DNA of 63,888 nt, counting the filler, from Octopus bimaculoides (lineage: Eukaryota): the NCBI RefSeq assembly GCF_001194135.2. It is 4 parts of 4 records of this genome, joined end to end, with 100 filler letters (N's around TTAATTAATTAA, not from the genome) between each part and the next. Parts side by side here need not be neighbours in the genome. Positions count along the whole stretch, not along the records: positions 23,742 to 54,615 come from NC_068996.1; 3 more parts are not named here. The stretch is one strand, 5' to 3'. The translations under genes were made by a program, and so were the position numbers. Positions 37,495 through 49,930 of the stretch are shown here, in pieces. The notes beneath the pieces are model-generated. The model did no database searches, was not told the DNA's origin, and saw nothing but the letters and a program-made list of their open reading frames with translations. How positions within the stretch are numbered: the first letter of the stretch is position 1; every line of letters begins with the position of its first letter.

Positions 37495-37772
37495 ACATAC
37501 AAAAGTATGTATGTCTGTATGTATGTATGGTGCATGCCTGTATATATGCATGTATGTATCTACATATATGTGTGTTTGTATGTATGTATGTATGTATGTA
37601 TGTATGTATGTATGTATCTGGGCGTGTATGTATGTATTATGTAAATATATGTGCATGTATGTATGCAAATATGTTTGCATGTATGTATGTATGCATATAT
37701 GTATGTATGTGTGTATGTATGTGTGTATGTATGTATGTATGTATGTATGTATGTATGTATGTATGTATGTAT
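37495..37772. repeat. (TATG)n microsatellite
   Basis: Direct run; source of spurious MYVC ORFs. Confidence 0.95.
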
Positions 37773-38041
37773 AGTGTCCTTTACTCTAGCGTAGCTAAAT
37801 TAATGTAACCGTATACATATACAAGGATATACACGTAGAAATACATTAGGAAGAATATATTAATAATAAAACAAGCAAGAAATTAACTTGTGATATGATA
37901 CGGTTTCGATTCCTATTTCAAGCTCATCAGTGGAGGCGATAACTGCGTACTTATAGCTGTGTATTTTCCCATAGTTTGAGCCTATTGTATGTATGTATGT
38001 ATGTATGTATGTATGTATGTATGTATGTATGTATGTATGTG

Positions 38042-38480
38042 TGGAGGCGTAATGGCCCAGTGGTTAGGGCAGCGGACTCGCGGTCATAGGATCGCGGTTT
38101 CGATTCCCAAACCGGGCGTTGTGAGTGTTTATGAGCGAAAACNNNNNNNNNNGTGAGTGTTTATGAGCGAAAACACCTAAAGCTCCACGAGGCTCCACGA
38201 GACTCCAGCAGGAGATGGTGGCGAACCCTGCTGTACTCTTCCACCACAACTTTCTCTCGCTCTTACTTCCTGTTTCTGCTGTACCTGTATTTCAAAGGGC
38301 CAGCCTTGTCACACTGTGTCACGCTGGATATTCCCGAGAACTACGTTAAGGGTACACGTGTCTGTGGAGTGCTCAGTTACTTGCACGTTAATTTCACGAG
38401 CAGGCTGTTCCGTTGATCAGATCAACTGGAACCCTCAACGTCGTAAGCGACGGGGTGCCAACAACAACAACAACAACAAT
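38042..38480 (+). mobile_element. tRNA-derived SINE with (CAA)n tail
   Basis: A box TGGCCCAGTGG at 38053-38063, B box GGTTTCGATTCC at 38096-38107, no tRNA cloverleaf 3' end, (aac)n tail. It sits between (TATG)n runs. Confidence 0.85.
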
Positions 38481-39241
38481 GTATGTATGTATGTATGTAT
38501 GTATGTATGTATTCAGAGAGAGGGGGAGAGGGAGAGAGGAACGTAGCGTTTATCGCGGTTTACGACTAAGGCGTAATTCGATTCATACGGTTTATTTTTA
38601 ATGACTATATGCCAATTATGTGAAGCATGATTTCAGTTATCGTCCTCTGCCATTTAGCAAAATTGACTAGGTTTTCAAGGTAAAGTAATGAAGTTTTTGC
38701 TGCACACAGTTACCGCTCGTCGCATTGTTAGTAAAGCTAAGCTGCTAAAGACATGAATGTTTGCATCAGTTGACCTTGAATCTCACTCGTCTAACCTTCT
38801 CTCACCACCTTTCACTGATCTCCCTCTCCATAACTAAAGCTCGTAACTCTCCTTCAATGTGTTTCATGCACAACATATGTTAACTAGTATCACATCTAAA
38901 TATATTCTCTCTTGACGAATTCTTCTCACAGCATTTTTATGAATCAATCTGCAATAAATTCATTGGATAAAATGTTGCCGGCGCAAACTCTCATCTTTCC
39001 TAGATTCTGGAATATACCTGAGATATAAGCAGTGCTGTATTGGACATTGCAGGTTACTCGTTCCTTCCAACAAATGTTGTTCATGGTTTCATGTCGAATA
39101 AGTGGTTGAACAGGAGGAGGAAGAGGAGGAGGAGGAGTTAAGATTGAACTAATGCATTGCAGCATACGAACAACTAAACATTAGACAAATATCGAACAGA
39201 TTTAATCAGAACTTTCAATTATTTCGGGTTTAAAATAACAA

Positions 39242-39627
39242 TGTAGTAAAGATTGTTTGCCAACATAACATAGCAGTCTTGGTTTAGGACTAATGTTGCT
39301 GTAATTTAGCCCAAGAGACATCGTCTTCAGCTGGCTATACGACACAATCTGTGTCCTTATATTTTCGAACAAGGAAATCTAGCACCCCAGCTCAGCTCAA
39401 AACAATATCTGTGTATCGCGATTTCTGGGTTATTTCTCATCAGAAATTGCGATACACAGATATTGTTTTGAGCTGAGTTGGGGTGCTAGATTCCCTTGTT
39501 CAAAAATACAAGGACACAGATCGTGTCGTATAGCCAACTGAAGACGATGTCTCTTGGGGCTAAATTACAGTAACATTAGTCCTAAACCAGGACTGCCATG
39601 TTATGTTGGTAAACAATATTTACTACA
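39242..39627. repeat. 386-bp near-perfect palindrome (fold-back/MITE-like)
   Basis: tgtagtaaa..atttctg arm, 13-nt spacer ggttatttctcat, then cagaaat..tttactaca arm. Confidence 0.92.
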
Positions 39628-39805
39628 AAGTACTGTTGCTGAATATCTCACGTTGTGAGATTAAAAAAAATAATAATTTTCTAACTTAAAATAACAATAT
39701 CTACAAACTTGAGTACAGCTAATTCTATAAATGTTTCACTTAACATAATTATACGCGAATATATGCTATACAGAAGATCAAACAAAAAGGTTCACATATA
39801 TTCAT

Positions 39806-40018
39806 TTCTACTCCAGGCACAAGGCCCGAAATTTTGGGGGAGGGGGCTAGTCGATTAGGTCAACTCCAGTATGCAACTGGTGCTTAATTTATCGACTCCG
39901 AAAGGATGAAAGGCAAAGTCGACCTCGGCGGAATTTAAACTCAGAACGTAAAGACAGACGAAATACCATTAAGCATTTCGCCCGGCGTGCTAACGTTTCT
40001 GCCACTTCGCCGTCTTAA
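39806..40018 (-). mobile_element. tRNA-derived SINE (ggcggcgagctggcagaa family)
   Basis: cgaaaggatgaaaggcaaagtcgacctcggcggaattt..cgtgctaacgtttctgcca; the same family recurs at 40888-42918 and 55140-56250. Confidence 0.85.
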
Positions 40019-40697
40019 GGCTCACATATATTAACACAAATGCCAGACATCTACCCGTAGTATTCAAAAGTTTTGAGGAAAAAATACTTTCCAGTCTGCA
40101 GGCGTGGCTGAATCGATAACAAGCTTATTTCCTAACTATGTGGTCTTAGTTCAGTTTCTTTATTATAGAATAAAGGAAATCTCTAATGCAGAATGACTGT
40201 GTAAAAAGCTTAGAAGATCGGGTAAATACCCTTAGAAGACGGCAAAAAATGGTCAGCAAGTTGCTACCGAGAATCGAACCTTGTACCTCTCGAGTTTCGG
40301 CTGACCACTCAGTACTATTTAGCTATGCGACCCTTGACAACAAGCACCGTCTTTTGAAGTACAAGGTTCGATTCAATGTAGCGGCTTGCTGGCCACTTTT
40401 TCCCGTCTTCTAAAGGTATTTATTCGATCCTCTGAGCTGTTTTCACAGCTATTCTGCGTTCGCGAATTCCTTTATTGTTTGTAAAATTCCAACTCACTTT
40501 GTGCTTTAAAGTCTGTTTTAAATGCGCGCGCGCATCTATGTGTTATTTGTCTCCTACCACTGCTTGATTAGAGTGTGGTTGATTGATTCATCAACAGCCG
40601 TTAAACTGTCTTCTAGGTAACTTTGCATGTGTATATGTAAGTCTATGTATGTGACATGTATTTATATGTATAATATATATTTATGTTCGTATTTCTC

Positions 40698-40738
<41 letters not shown>

Positions 40739-41160
40739 ATATTTTATATGTGCATATGTGTACATTTAGTTATGCAGTTAAGTAATGTGCTGTTATGTCG
40801 TACGACTAACTTTATAATCTTCATATTACACTATTTATAATTGGCAGCAACCTGGTTTGTATTGCACTTTCGGCCAGGAAATAGTTCTTTTCTACTCTAG
40901 GCTCAAGTCCCGAAATTTTGGGGGAGGAGGCCAGTCAATTAGATCGACCCCAGTACGCAACTAGTACTTAGCTTCTTATTTCTTTATTGCCCACAAGGGG
41001 CTAAACATAGAGGGACAAACAAGGACAGACAAAGGGATTAAGTCAATTACATCGACCCCAGTGCGTAACTTGTACTTAATTTATCGACCCCGAAAGGATG
41101 AGAGGCAAACTCGACCTCGGCGGAATATGAACTCAGAACGTAACGGCAAACGAAATACCG

Positions 41161-42856
41161 ATTTCTTTATTAGGCATAAAGCCCTAAACATAGATGGAGA
41201 CACCACAAGGACAGACAAGACCACAGTAGGGACAAAAAACATAAAACGAATGTAAATGAAATGAAAGTTATATAAAAATGAAAAAATGAAAATGGACGCA
41301 TGGGCCCAACTCCCTTGCGGTACCATTTGAACCGTTATATGTACTATTTACAATTGTTCTTTTTTTTCTCCTTTAATTTCATACTTTTTTTTGTCTTTAG
41401 TAGAACTTCATTAGTGGTTCGATATCTCTTAAATCCACCACTGGTGGCAACTCTTTAAATTCCACCTCCACTCCTGGCGGGTCAACGTTATCTCCACATA
41501 TCTCTTTCAATTTTCTGTAGTTTTCTTCTTCTATCACTATTGCCTTCATATCCTCTGCGTAGACGTATGAAGGCACCTTCACTCTTACTATTGAGTGTAA
41601 CTTGATTATTTTTTTCTGTTTCAACATGTTTTAGGTACGTTACATAACACCATACTCCTTCTCCTCCTCGTATCTTCTTTCCTTTCTCTTGGACTTTTGG
41701 TTCTCTTTTTTCTTCCTCCATAAATAGTCTCTCCATCTCACCTTCATACAGTTGAGTTTCTGACACTTTCTCCACTGGTAACACCACTTTCTTTTTACTT
41801 CCTACTGCCCTCCTTCACAGTTCCTTTTCTCACCTCTTCTCTCTTCTTTTTCTGCTTCTCTGGCGGAGAACTCATTCCTCCTCTCCTTCTTTTCTTTTTA
41901 ACTATAGTGAATACCTTCTCCGTTTCTTTTTCTGTTGCCTTGTCCTATACTACTTGGTCCACACTCTCATGTTTCTCCTCCTGTTCTGTTTGTGGCTTTC
42001 TTTGGGTGCACCATACCTTCATGTGACCCCTTTCTCCACATGAGAAACATACTGGCGGCCTGCCCTCCACAATGACTCTCAGCTTCACATCTTCTGGCAG
42101 CACAATCTCATCCACCACACTATTCAAGTCCTCCGTTGTTGCCTGAATCGTTAATTCGATACCATATCCCCAGTAGTTCACCTTCTGGGTCCTGGTAGCC
42201 TTCAGAATCTTCCCATCCTTCATATTATATGTTATTGCTGTCATCAGCCATTCTTCCTTTAATTCGGGTGGCACCCTATCCACTCGCACTTTGGCCACAC
42301 GTTTGCCGCAGTATGAAGGCAGGAGCATCCATTCTTCTGACCTTATAGCCTCTGTGGTGTACTTTATTGCTTCTTCCTCCGTTGTGAAGTGCACCTCCAC
42401 AGTGGCGTATCTCCTTCCTCTCGTAACGTATGTTGTAACTCTTTTCAATTCCTTGATACATTCCTCTATGGCTTCTATCGGCGCAATCACTATTTTCCTC
42501 GTGGCTGTCTTCATGGTTTTAAATGTTACCGTTCGTTTTAACACGTTGGCCGATAGCTCATCCGGTGGCGTTAGCTTCAGTATGTTACCTTCCTTAGTGA
42601 TTAGTTTTTCACTCTCCTTCATCTTTCTGGGCTCCACTTTTATTTCTCGGACCTTCAACTCTTGCACGTCTACTCCTTTGCTTGTTGCGGCCGCATAACT
42701 GGGGCCTGCCTTCGGCGCCTTCTCCATTTTCCCACAATGGGAAACAAAGCAACAATTAACGAATCAACAACGGCAACAATTAAACAACAATTCAATCAAC
42801 AACGGCAACAATTCAATAAACAATTCAACATAGACTCACGCAATAACTTCACAGAG
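41161..42856 (-). mobile_element. ORF1-only (HAL1-like) non-autonomous retroelement
   Basis: ~130-bp 5' UTR, ORF1-like coding region, ~235-bp 3' UTR ending AATAAAGAAAT, and no ORF2. TSD ACGAAATACCG (41150-41160) / ACGAAATATCG (42857-42867). Confidence 0.75.
41945..42727 (-). CDS. LINE ORF1/gag-like protein with CCHC zinc knuckle (260 aa; probably continued by broken frames to 41397)
   Basis: PSYAAA near the N-terminus and CFSCGERGHMKVWC knuckle, followed by E/K-rich segments in ORFs 41488-41787 and 41397-41627. Confidence 0.75.
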   Translation of the reverse strand: MEKAPKAGPSYAAATSKGVDVQELKVREIKVEPRKMKESEKLITKEGNILKLTPPDELSANVLKRTVTFKTMKTATRKIVIAPIEAIEECIKELKRVTTYVTRGRRYATVEVHFTTEEEAIKYTTEAIRSEEWMLLPSYCGKRVAKVRVDRVPPELKEEWLMTAITYNMKDGKILKATRTQKVNYWGYGIELTIQATTEDLNSVVDEIVLPEDVKLRVIVEGRPPVCFSCGERGHMKVWCTQRKPQTEQEEKHESVDQVV

Positions 42857-45264
42857 ACGAAATATCGCTAAGCATTTCGCCCCCGGCGTGCTAACGTTTC
42901 TGCCAGCTCGCCGCCTTCGGCCACGAAATAGTTATTACATAGTAGCAACGATACGCATGCGTGTGTCAGAGTGCAAGTATGTGTGTATTTGTTTGAGGAT
43001 GCAAGTATTTATGTAGGTGGGGTACGCACGCGTGCGTGCATATATCTGCACAGTCCATAGAGGAGATGAGTATGTGTGTGGATATGTGGATGTGTGTATG
43101 GGTGCATTTATATGTGCGTGAGTGTAGGTATGTGTGTGAGTGCCTTGGCGCTTCTGCTGCAGGTGTGTGTGTTTGGTATTCCAAAAAAGAAGACGCTGAA
43201 TCGGTTTAGCACATCTTTATTTCTAGTTTCATTTGTCTCAGCACCACTTCGTTAAAAGCGTAAATGGTTTCATGTGAAGTTACGTAATATTAGCGGCTGG
43301 TTACATTGCAGCAGCTTTTCATCGAATTTGCATCAAACTTTGATGCAAGTCTGATGAAAAGCCGCTGCAGTATAATCAACCATAAAGTTGTTAATCCCTA
43401 TGGAGTTACTGAATCCTATGCTATTGTCTTATTCTAGATGTTTCTAATAATGTTAAGTGGGTTCCAAATCAACAAACTCTTTCCTCTCTTAAATCACATG
43501 GTTATCTATTCTATATTTTTTCAATTCATAAATCTACCCCAGCTTCATCCATCCAGGCTTTTTCATCAACATGAAGATAAACACCTGGAATTAATTTCGT
43601 TATTTAATATTGTTTTTCTTTTAAAAATTAACATTGATTTAAACTTGGTGTCAAATGTGAGGCGGTTTAATATAATAGTGAACTTCGTCATTTCATGATT
43701 TGTACTTTCTATTAAAATAATTTGTTTAGCTTCTGATGTCAGCAATTTTATTGCTGAGGAAACCCAATCTGAGACTACTTCTTCAGTCTATCTGTGGAAA
43801 TTTGTAATTTATTCCTTTCAAGGTCTGCTAAGAGTTTCTGTGAACTTCTTCTCTTCTAATATTATACAAAATTGCAGGGTTTTTTTTTTTCTTCATTAAG
43901 TGGAAACGTCAGTTTGTTGCTGTTGCTTTGAAATCTCCGGCTTCATTTGGCCGTGTTTTTGCCCGTTTAAGTGCTCAGCTATATTTCCTAATATCAAGTG
44001 GCGATGTAAATATTTCGTTCAATGAGCTAACCTTATAAATAATTTCCTAACTCTGGCCATTGATAGATACTGGTTGTTTCAGCACATTTCTTCTTTGACA
44101 TCTTCAGAGAAGCTTTGCTTAACCACACACCAATATTTTTTCACTCCATATTTCTTCACTGTAACACTGTTTGAAAATAATCACAAATGTACCAACGTTC
44201 AAACTGAAACTAACGTTATATTTTTATTTATTTATGTATTTTAGTTAGCTGGCTAGCCCATTTGATAAAATATTTCAACAATATTATAAACTGAATGCGT
44301 TAAAAGTTTAACAGACACAACTGTAAAGGACAACCAATTTTTCTAGTAGGTCACGTGATATGACGGAAAGCAAGATTTGGTTTATTTATTTAGATGTTCT
44401 GTAGATGTACTACTGTGTTTTGCTATATAATATACTTGTAAGACCTTACAAGTACGAAACATACCAAATGTTGTCACTATACTTACCAAAGATCAAGCTC
44501 ATTCACTGCTGCATAACCTCATTTAATTTTTTTATATTTGAATTTCAGAGTTGCCATCCTTGCCTTCTATGATAAGAAATATCATTTCGCTAAATTATTA
44601 CGTTATTTCCACTACGGATGTAATTTAAATGGAATAAAGATTTAGTAGAGGCTCACTACGTTAAGTACTTTAGCACCTCTCACTTAACGTTTGACTATAT
44701 ATTGGTGTGAAAGAAAATAAATACAGAGTGCATGAGATAAGAGAGTTTACGTATTCATTTGAACCCCATGATTCACCAATTTTCGCGGAAATGAAATATA
44801 TGTATATATACATATGTAATATAATCTATGTTTATATATAAACATATCTGAAAGTGTGTTTTATGTGGTGGTTCAAGTGTATGTATATGTGTATGGGAAT
44901 GGCTGTATGCATGGGTCTGTCTGTGTGTATGCTTTTATGGGTTCGTTCTGAAACGGAAAGGAAGTGTGGAGATATGGGCATGTGGGGATGAGAGGTTCCA
45001 TCCACAAGGCAAAGTAAACAGGAAGAAGTGTTTGGAAAAAAATTAATGTAGTTGGTGGGGATTTATAGACGTGCCAATTCATATGTCCCAACTAGTTAAG
45101 AGTGGTGGTTGCGCTAAGTTTGGGTCGGGGTGGAAACAACGTCTGTATGAATAGAATTGTGGGGAAGATAGACGTTTGACTTGCATATATGTACGCCTGT
45201 AAACGTACGTAAATACAATGACACAATGTAGCGTAGTAAACACAGGTGCACATAAATACATGCA

Positions 45265-45336
<72 letters not shown>

Positions 45337-45338
<2 letters not shown>

Positions 45339-45520
45339 GTTATTTGTTTCAGTCATTTGACTGCGGCCATGCTGGAGCAACGCCTTAACAGGTGTTAGTC
45401 GAAAGAATCGCCCCTAGGATTTATTCTTTGTAAGCTTAGTACTTATTCTATCAGTCTCTTTTGCCGAACAGGGACATAAACACACCAGCATCGGCAGCGG
45501 GACAAACACAAGCACAAATA
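45337..45520 (-). mobile_element. SINE 3' half
   Basis: tttcagtcatttgactgcggccatgctggagca..tacttattctatc..ttttgccgaac; reverse complement of the 15570-15729 family. Confidence 0.75.
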
Positions 45521-45589
45521 TTTGCATTATTGAATCTGTATCTGCCAAATGATGTGTTGAAGGTAGTGAGCATGGATGATTCTTTCTCT

Positions 45590-46600
45590 ATCTTTATATT
45601 TCAGTACCCATTGCTGGCATCCAGTTTGCTGAATATCTTAGATCCAGCTAATGATGGTGTGATTTCTTCGAGGGTTGGAATTGGATAGTAATCTCGTTTT
45701 AATGCCTTGTTCAGATCCCTGGTGTCAAGGCATATTCGTAGGGTACTATTGGGTTTTTCTTTAATTACAATTGAATTCACCCAGTCGGTTGATTGTGTCA
45801 CTTTGGTGATTATTTGTTTTTCCCTCTTCTGTCCAAATCTGCCTTTAGCTTCTCTCTTAATTCTAGCGAAACACGGCGAGGTGGATGGACAACTGGCTTG
45901 ACGTTGGGGTCGACTGTTATATGGTACCGATACTTCTCAAAACACCCGACTGTATCATCAAAACATTCTGGGTACATGCTCATCAGTTCATCTTTATTTC
46001 TAATTGGTGGTCGATCTTTGATAGGCATATTTCTGTCAATCCTGCTAGGAGCTACCTTCACTTCACTGTTGATTGATACAATGTTGAGCTTTTGACAGGT
46101 ATTAAGTCCGAGAATTGCGGGTCCTTCTGTTCTTGTGACATAAAAAGAACACTTGATTTTTCTTCTTTGTGTATCCCTGTAATGGTTGTTTTGCCCAGTT
46201 GTGGAATCCTGGTACCTCCATATGCAGTCAGGATTACATCACTTGGTGTGAGGATTCTTTCTTTGACTTTGTATCATGTGTTCTGGGAACATCTTTTTGT
46301 AGAGGTTGACAGGCAAGATATCGCTCGAGGCTCCAGTGTCAATCTTTAGCTTTAGGTCAATGTTTATTTGTTTCTTGCCTGACTTCTTTTGGATTTGTAT
46401 TGTTGTGTATGCCTCATTTTTTTCTTCGGTTGTTGTTTCCCATCTTATGAACATTAATTGTGCTGAATACCAAGAATTCATCCTCTGAGGTGTTTTCTTC
46501 TTGTTGTTGGGCATGTACATCTCCTTGTCTTCTCTTTCCGATCCCCCTTGAAAGCTGGGGCTTGTATTTGTGAGATTTTGTTAATCTATGCTGGCACTTG
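45590..46600 (-). pseudogene. Ty3/Gypsy pol remnant (protease and RT start)
   Basis: LKLKIDTGASSDILP protease motif, then VDPNVKPVVHPPRRV..LRE and DWVNSIVIKEKPNSTLRICLD.RDLNKALKR..YPIPTLEEI...IFSKLDASNGY. Frameshifted. Confidence 0.88.
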
Positions 46601-47184
46601 CTCGCATCTCACATTGCGAGCCTTTTATGTCCTACTAGCAGTATAACCCGACCTTGTCTGGGTGTGACTTATTACGCCATCTACGATAAGTCTTTCTAGG
46701 TGAAAATAAACTAAAAAAGAAAGCCTTACAACGAAAAAGCCTTTATGATGTAAATATGTTCATAATTCAAAAGACGATGAAATTAATAGGGAAAGTCTGA
46801 AGGCTGTTTTACGTAATATTATTAAGCGTACGTAAATTGGCTATAGAAATGCTTGTGCAAAACAAATTTTTGCGCTGCCCTGATTATACATAGCAGAGTA
46901 ATCCCTTTTCGCAGGAGCTAGGACGGCAATTTGTAATGAAGCAATTGCTGGCGATCTGTTGGTACACAGTTTTGCCAGAATTCTATTAGATTGAGCAGAA
47001 TGTGGTGAACTGCTGCAGTCTGTTGCTGTCAATTTAAACCGGTTGCTTTCTTTCCCCAGCAAACTCTCTTCTTTGGAGGCATAATCTATGTATATATTAA
47101 ACAGAACAACAAAAGTTATAATAGATGGCAGGGTCGGTACTTTTCACGTATCTGTAATTTTTCAGATTAACACCCGCACGATTA

Positions 47185-47226
47185 CCCAACCCTAATCCTA
47201 AACCTAATCCTAACACTAACCCTAAC
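47185..47226 (-). repeat. Short telomere-like (CCCTAA)n tract abutting an N gap
   Basis: cccaaccctaatcctaaacctaatcctaacactaaccctaac, with non-telomeric sequence on both sides of the gap. Confidence 0.8.
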
Positions 47227-49140
47227 NNNNNNNNNNNNNNNNNNNNNNNNNNNNNNNNNNNNNNNNNNNNNNNNNNNNNNNNNNNNNNNNNNNNNNNNNN
47301 NNNNNNNNNNNNNNNNNNNNNNNNNNNNNNNNNNNNNNNNNNNNNNNNNNNNNNNNNNNNNNNNNNNNNNNNNNNNNNNNNNNNNNNNNNNNNNNNNNNN
47401 NNNNNNNNNNNNNNNNNNNNNNNNNNNNNNNNNNNNNNNNNNNNNNNNNNNNNNNNNNNNNNNNNNNNNNNNNNNNNNNNNNNNNNNNNNNNNNNNNNNN
47501 NNNNNNNNNNNNNNNNNNNNNNNNNNNNNNNNNNNNNNNNNNNNNNNNNNNNNNNNNNNNNNNNNNNNNNNNNAAATATTCATTTTCCTGGAAGTTAAGA
47601 GGAATTTAAGTGGAATTTCCGAAAATTTCCCCCACCCCTCTCCCAAAACACTTTCACCGAAAATTTTTGTATATTCGGAATCTACATAATAAATAATATA
47701 TGCATAAAAAATTTCATTAAAAAAATATTAATTTTTCTGAAAGCTATGACCTTCCAAAGTCGGTGGGTACAACTCTGTAGTTATGCCACATTGACGAACG
47801 TGAAAGATTGTGTTTAGTTGTACGTGTATGCGTTTGAAAGAGGAAGAGGGAGAGATAGAGAACGGGAGCAATGTGTATGTTGTTGTCACAGATCCTGTAT
47901 GTGTGGTTGTGTGTATTTTTACGTATCAATGTTATGAAAAATAAGTAAAGAATACTGAGAAGAAAGTTTAATCTATGACGTTGTATGTATCACTTTCTCT
48001 CTGTTGAGCGCGTGTGTAAGAACGCTGTCCAGGTAGAAGGGAAGAAATATAAAAGTTGCTAGAAACAACAGCCAAATCTCCCTTAAATCACACAAAGTAA
48101 GCGGAATTTAAAAACTCTAATTACTGCACTGGAAAGTTCACATCGAGAAAATTCCATTGATGTAAATTGTTTACGAAAAAATGGAAAATGTGGATTTCTA
48201 TAAACTTTTAAAAAGGCTTCACACAGACACACAACTTCAGCTTTATATATTAAGGTTATATGTTTTATGACGACCGTGCGACGCGTGAAAAGGAGCCTGT
48301 TTCCGTTCGTCGCCAAACTTTTGCACAAAACAGTTGATAAAAGGAATTCATCTTATAATCTACGTTCGCATAATGAATTAATTGCTTGGATACACGAGCC
48401 GAAAGGTTTTAAATGGATCAGTCGGTATTTTATTCACTAAGACTCATCTCAGAAATTTTTTAAGAGTTGGAACGAGTTGAAAGAAATGAGAGAATAAGAT
48501 AACTACGTATTCATACTCTTCAATCCCACTTTCCTCTGTCTGTTCCTCTAGTTCTCTAATCGCCTTTTGCAACGTTTCTACCCCTGTTAACATGGTTTAC
48601 AGAACTGAAGGAAAATCTCTATATCATGACAAGTAATATTCTTATACTGTAATTTTTTTCACTACTTTCATGGATTCCCATGACTCACTGCTGCCATCCA
48701 GTTCTGCAATTATGAATTTGAATTGAAAGCTTGAGTCATAGTGAATCCTTCATCAGCTGATTGCACAACAATGGATGCCATCCCTATGGATGCGTTGCAG
48801 TTATTCTCTTGATAGAGCTTGGTGATCCTGACTGTTGATCTTCATGGATTCCTCCACTCATCATCAATGTAAGAAGCACCATTGGCTCAGTTCAGCTCTT
48901 CTGCTACCTCTTCAGAAGCCACTATACTGCATTCCTGTGACATCGGCGTATCCCTGCCAGAAGAGCAATATGTCAAAGGGTAGCCAGTAACTATGCAGGA
49001 CACGGTCATCACTCTATTAGATATTTTCAAATATCCACATACCCAGTACTTGAGTTATATCTTCAAGTACTTCCTAGTTCTTCATACATTTCTTCTCATT
49101 GGATATGTTTACTCTTACATATCCCAGTGGGTACAGTGAC

Positions 49141-49600
<460 letters not shown>

Positions 49601-49659
49601 TCGCGCGTGTGTGTACAATATGCATCTGAAGGAGCTGACACATATCGTCTGTAATGTGA

Positions 49660-49930
49660 CTTGGATGTTATTTGGAGTTTTGAATCTTTCAAAATCAGAT
49701 GCCCTCGTCCAGACAACTCAGCAGAGTTGATCAGATCGTGACTGGCGTCTCAGTAGTAGCAAGTCATAAAACAGCCCTCTAAATCCAGAATCCTTTGGTG
49801 CCTTTCTCTGTAGCTTCACTTGCAAGCTGAATAGCCCTCTCCTTCACCACCCTTGTAAGTCTCAAATTGCTTGAGTATTTTACAGACCGAGTGTCCAGCA
49901 ATGCCTCTACAATCACCTCTATAGGATCAA
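49660..49930 (-). mobile_element. HERO-like LINE 3' end, decayed
   Basis: Minus strand gives PIEV.CRGIAGHSVCK and SEATEKGTKGFWI*R, followed by a UTR with ctggacgagggcatctgattttgaaaga. Confidence 0.6.

Larger units (their letters stand above)
40888..42918 (-). mobile_element. Composite SINE interrupted by a 1.7-kb retroelement
   Basis: SINE head at 42857-42918 and body at 41040-41160. An alternative tail lies at 40972-41040, and a second canonical tail at 40888-40970 follows a ~38-bp duplicated segment. Confidence 0.8.

Noticed and set aside
37895-37940. CTGATGA..GAAAC on the minus strand
   Set aside because: Stem II is mismatched and there is no stem I partner or cleavage triplet; at most a relic.
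38042-38110. tRNA-like A and B boxes
   Set aside because: No acceptor-stem 3' half; it continues into a SINE body with a (CAA)n tail, so it is not a tRNA gene.
38121-38174. Duplicated gtgagtgtttatgagcgaaaac in the SINE
   Set aside because: It brackets a 10-N gap; assembly overlap artefact.
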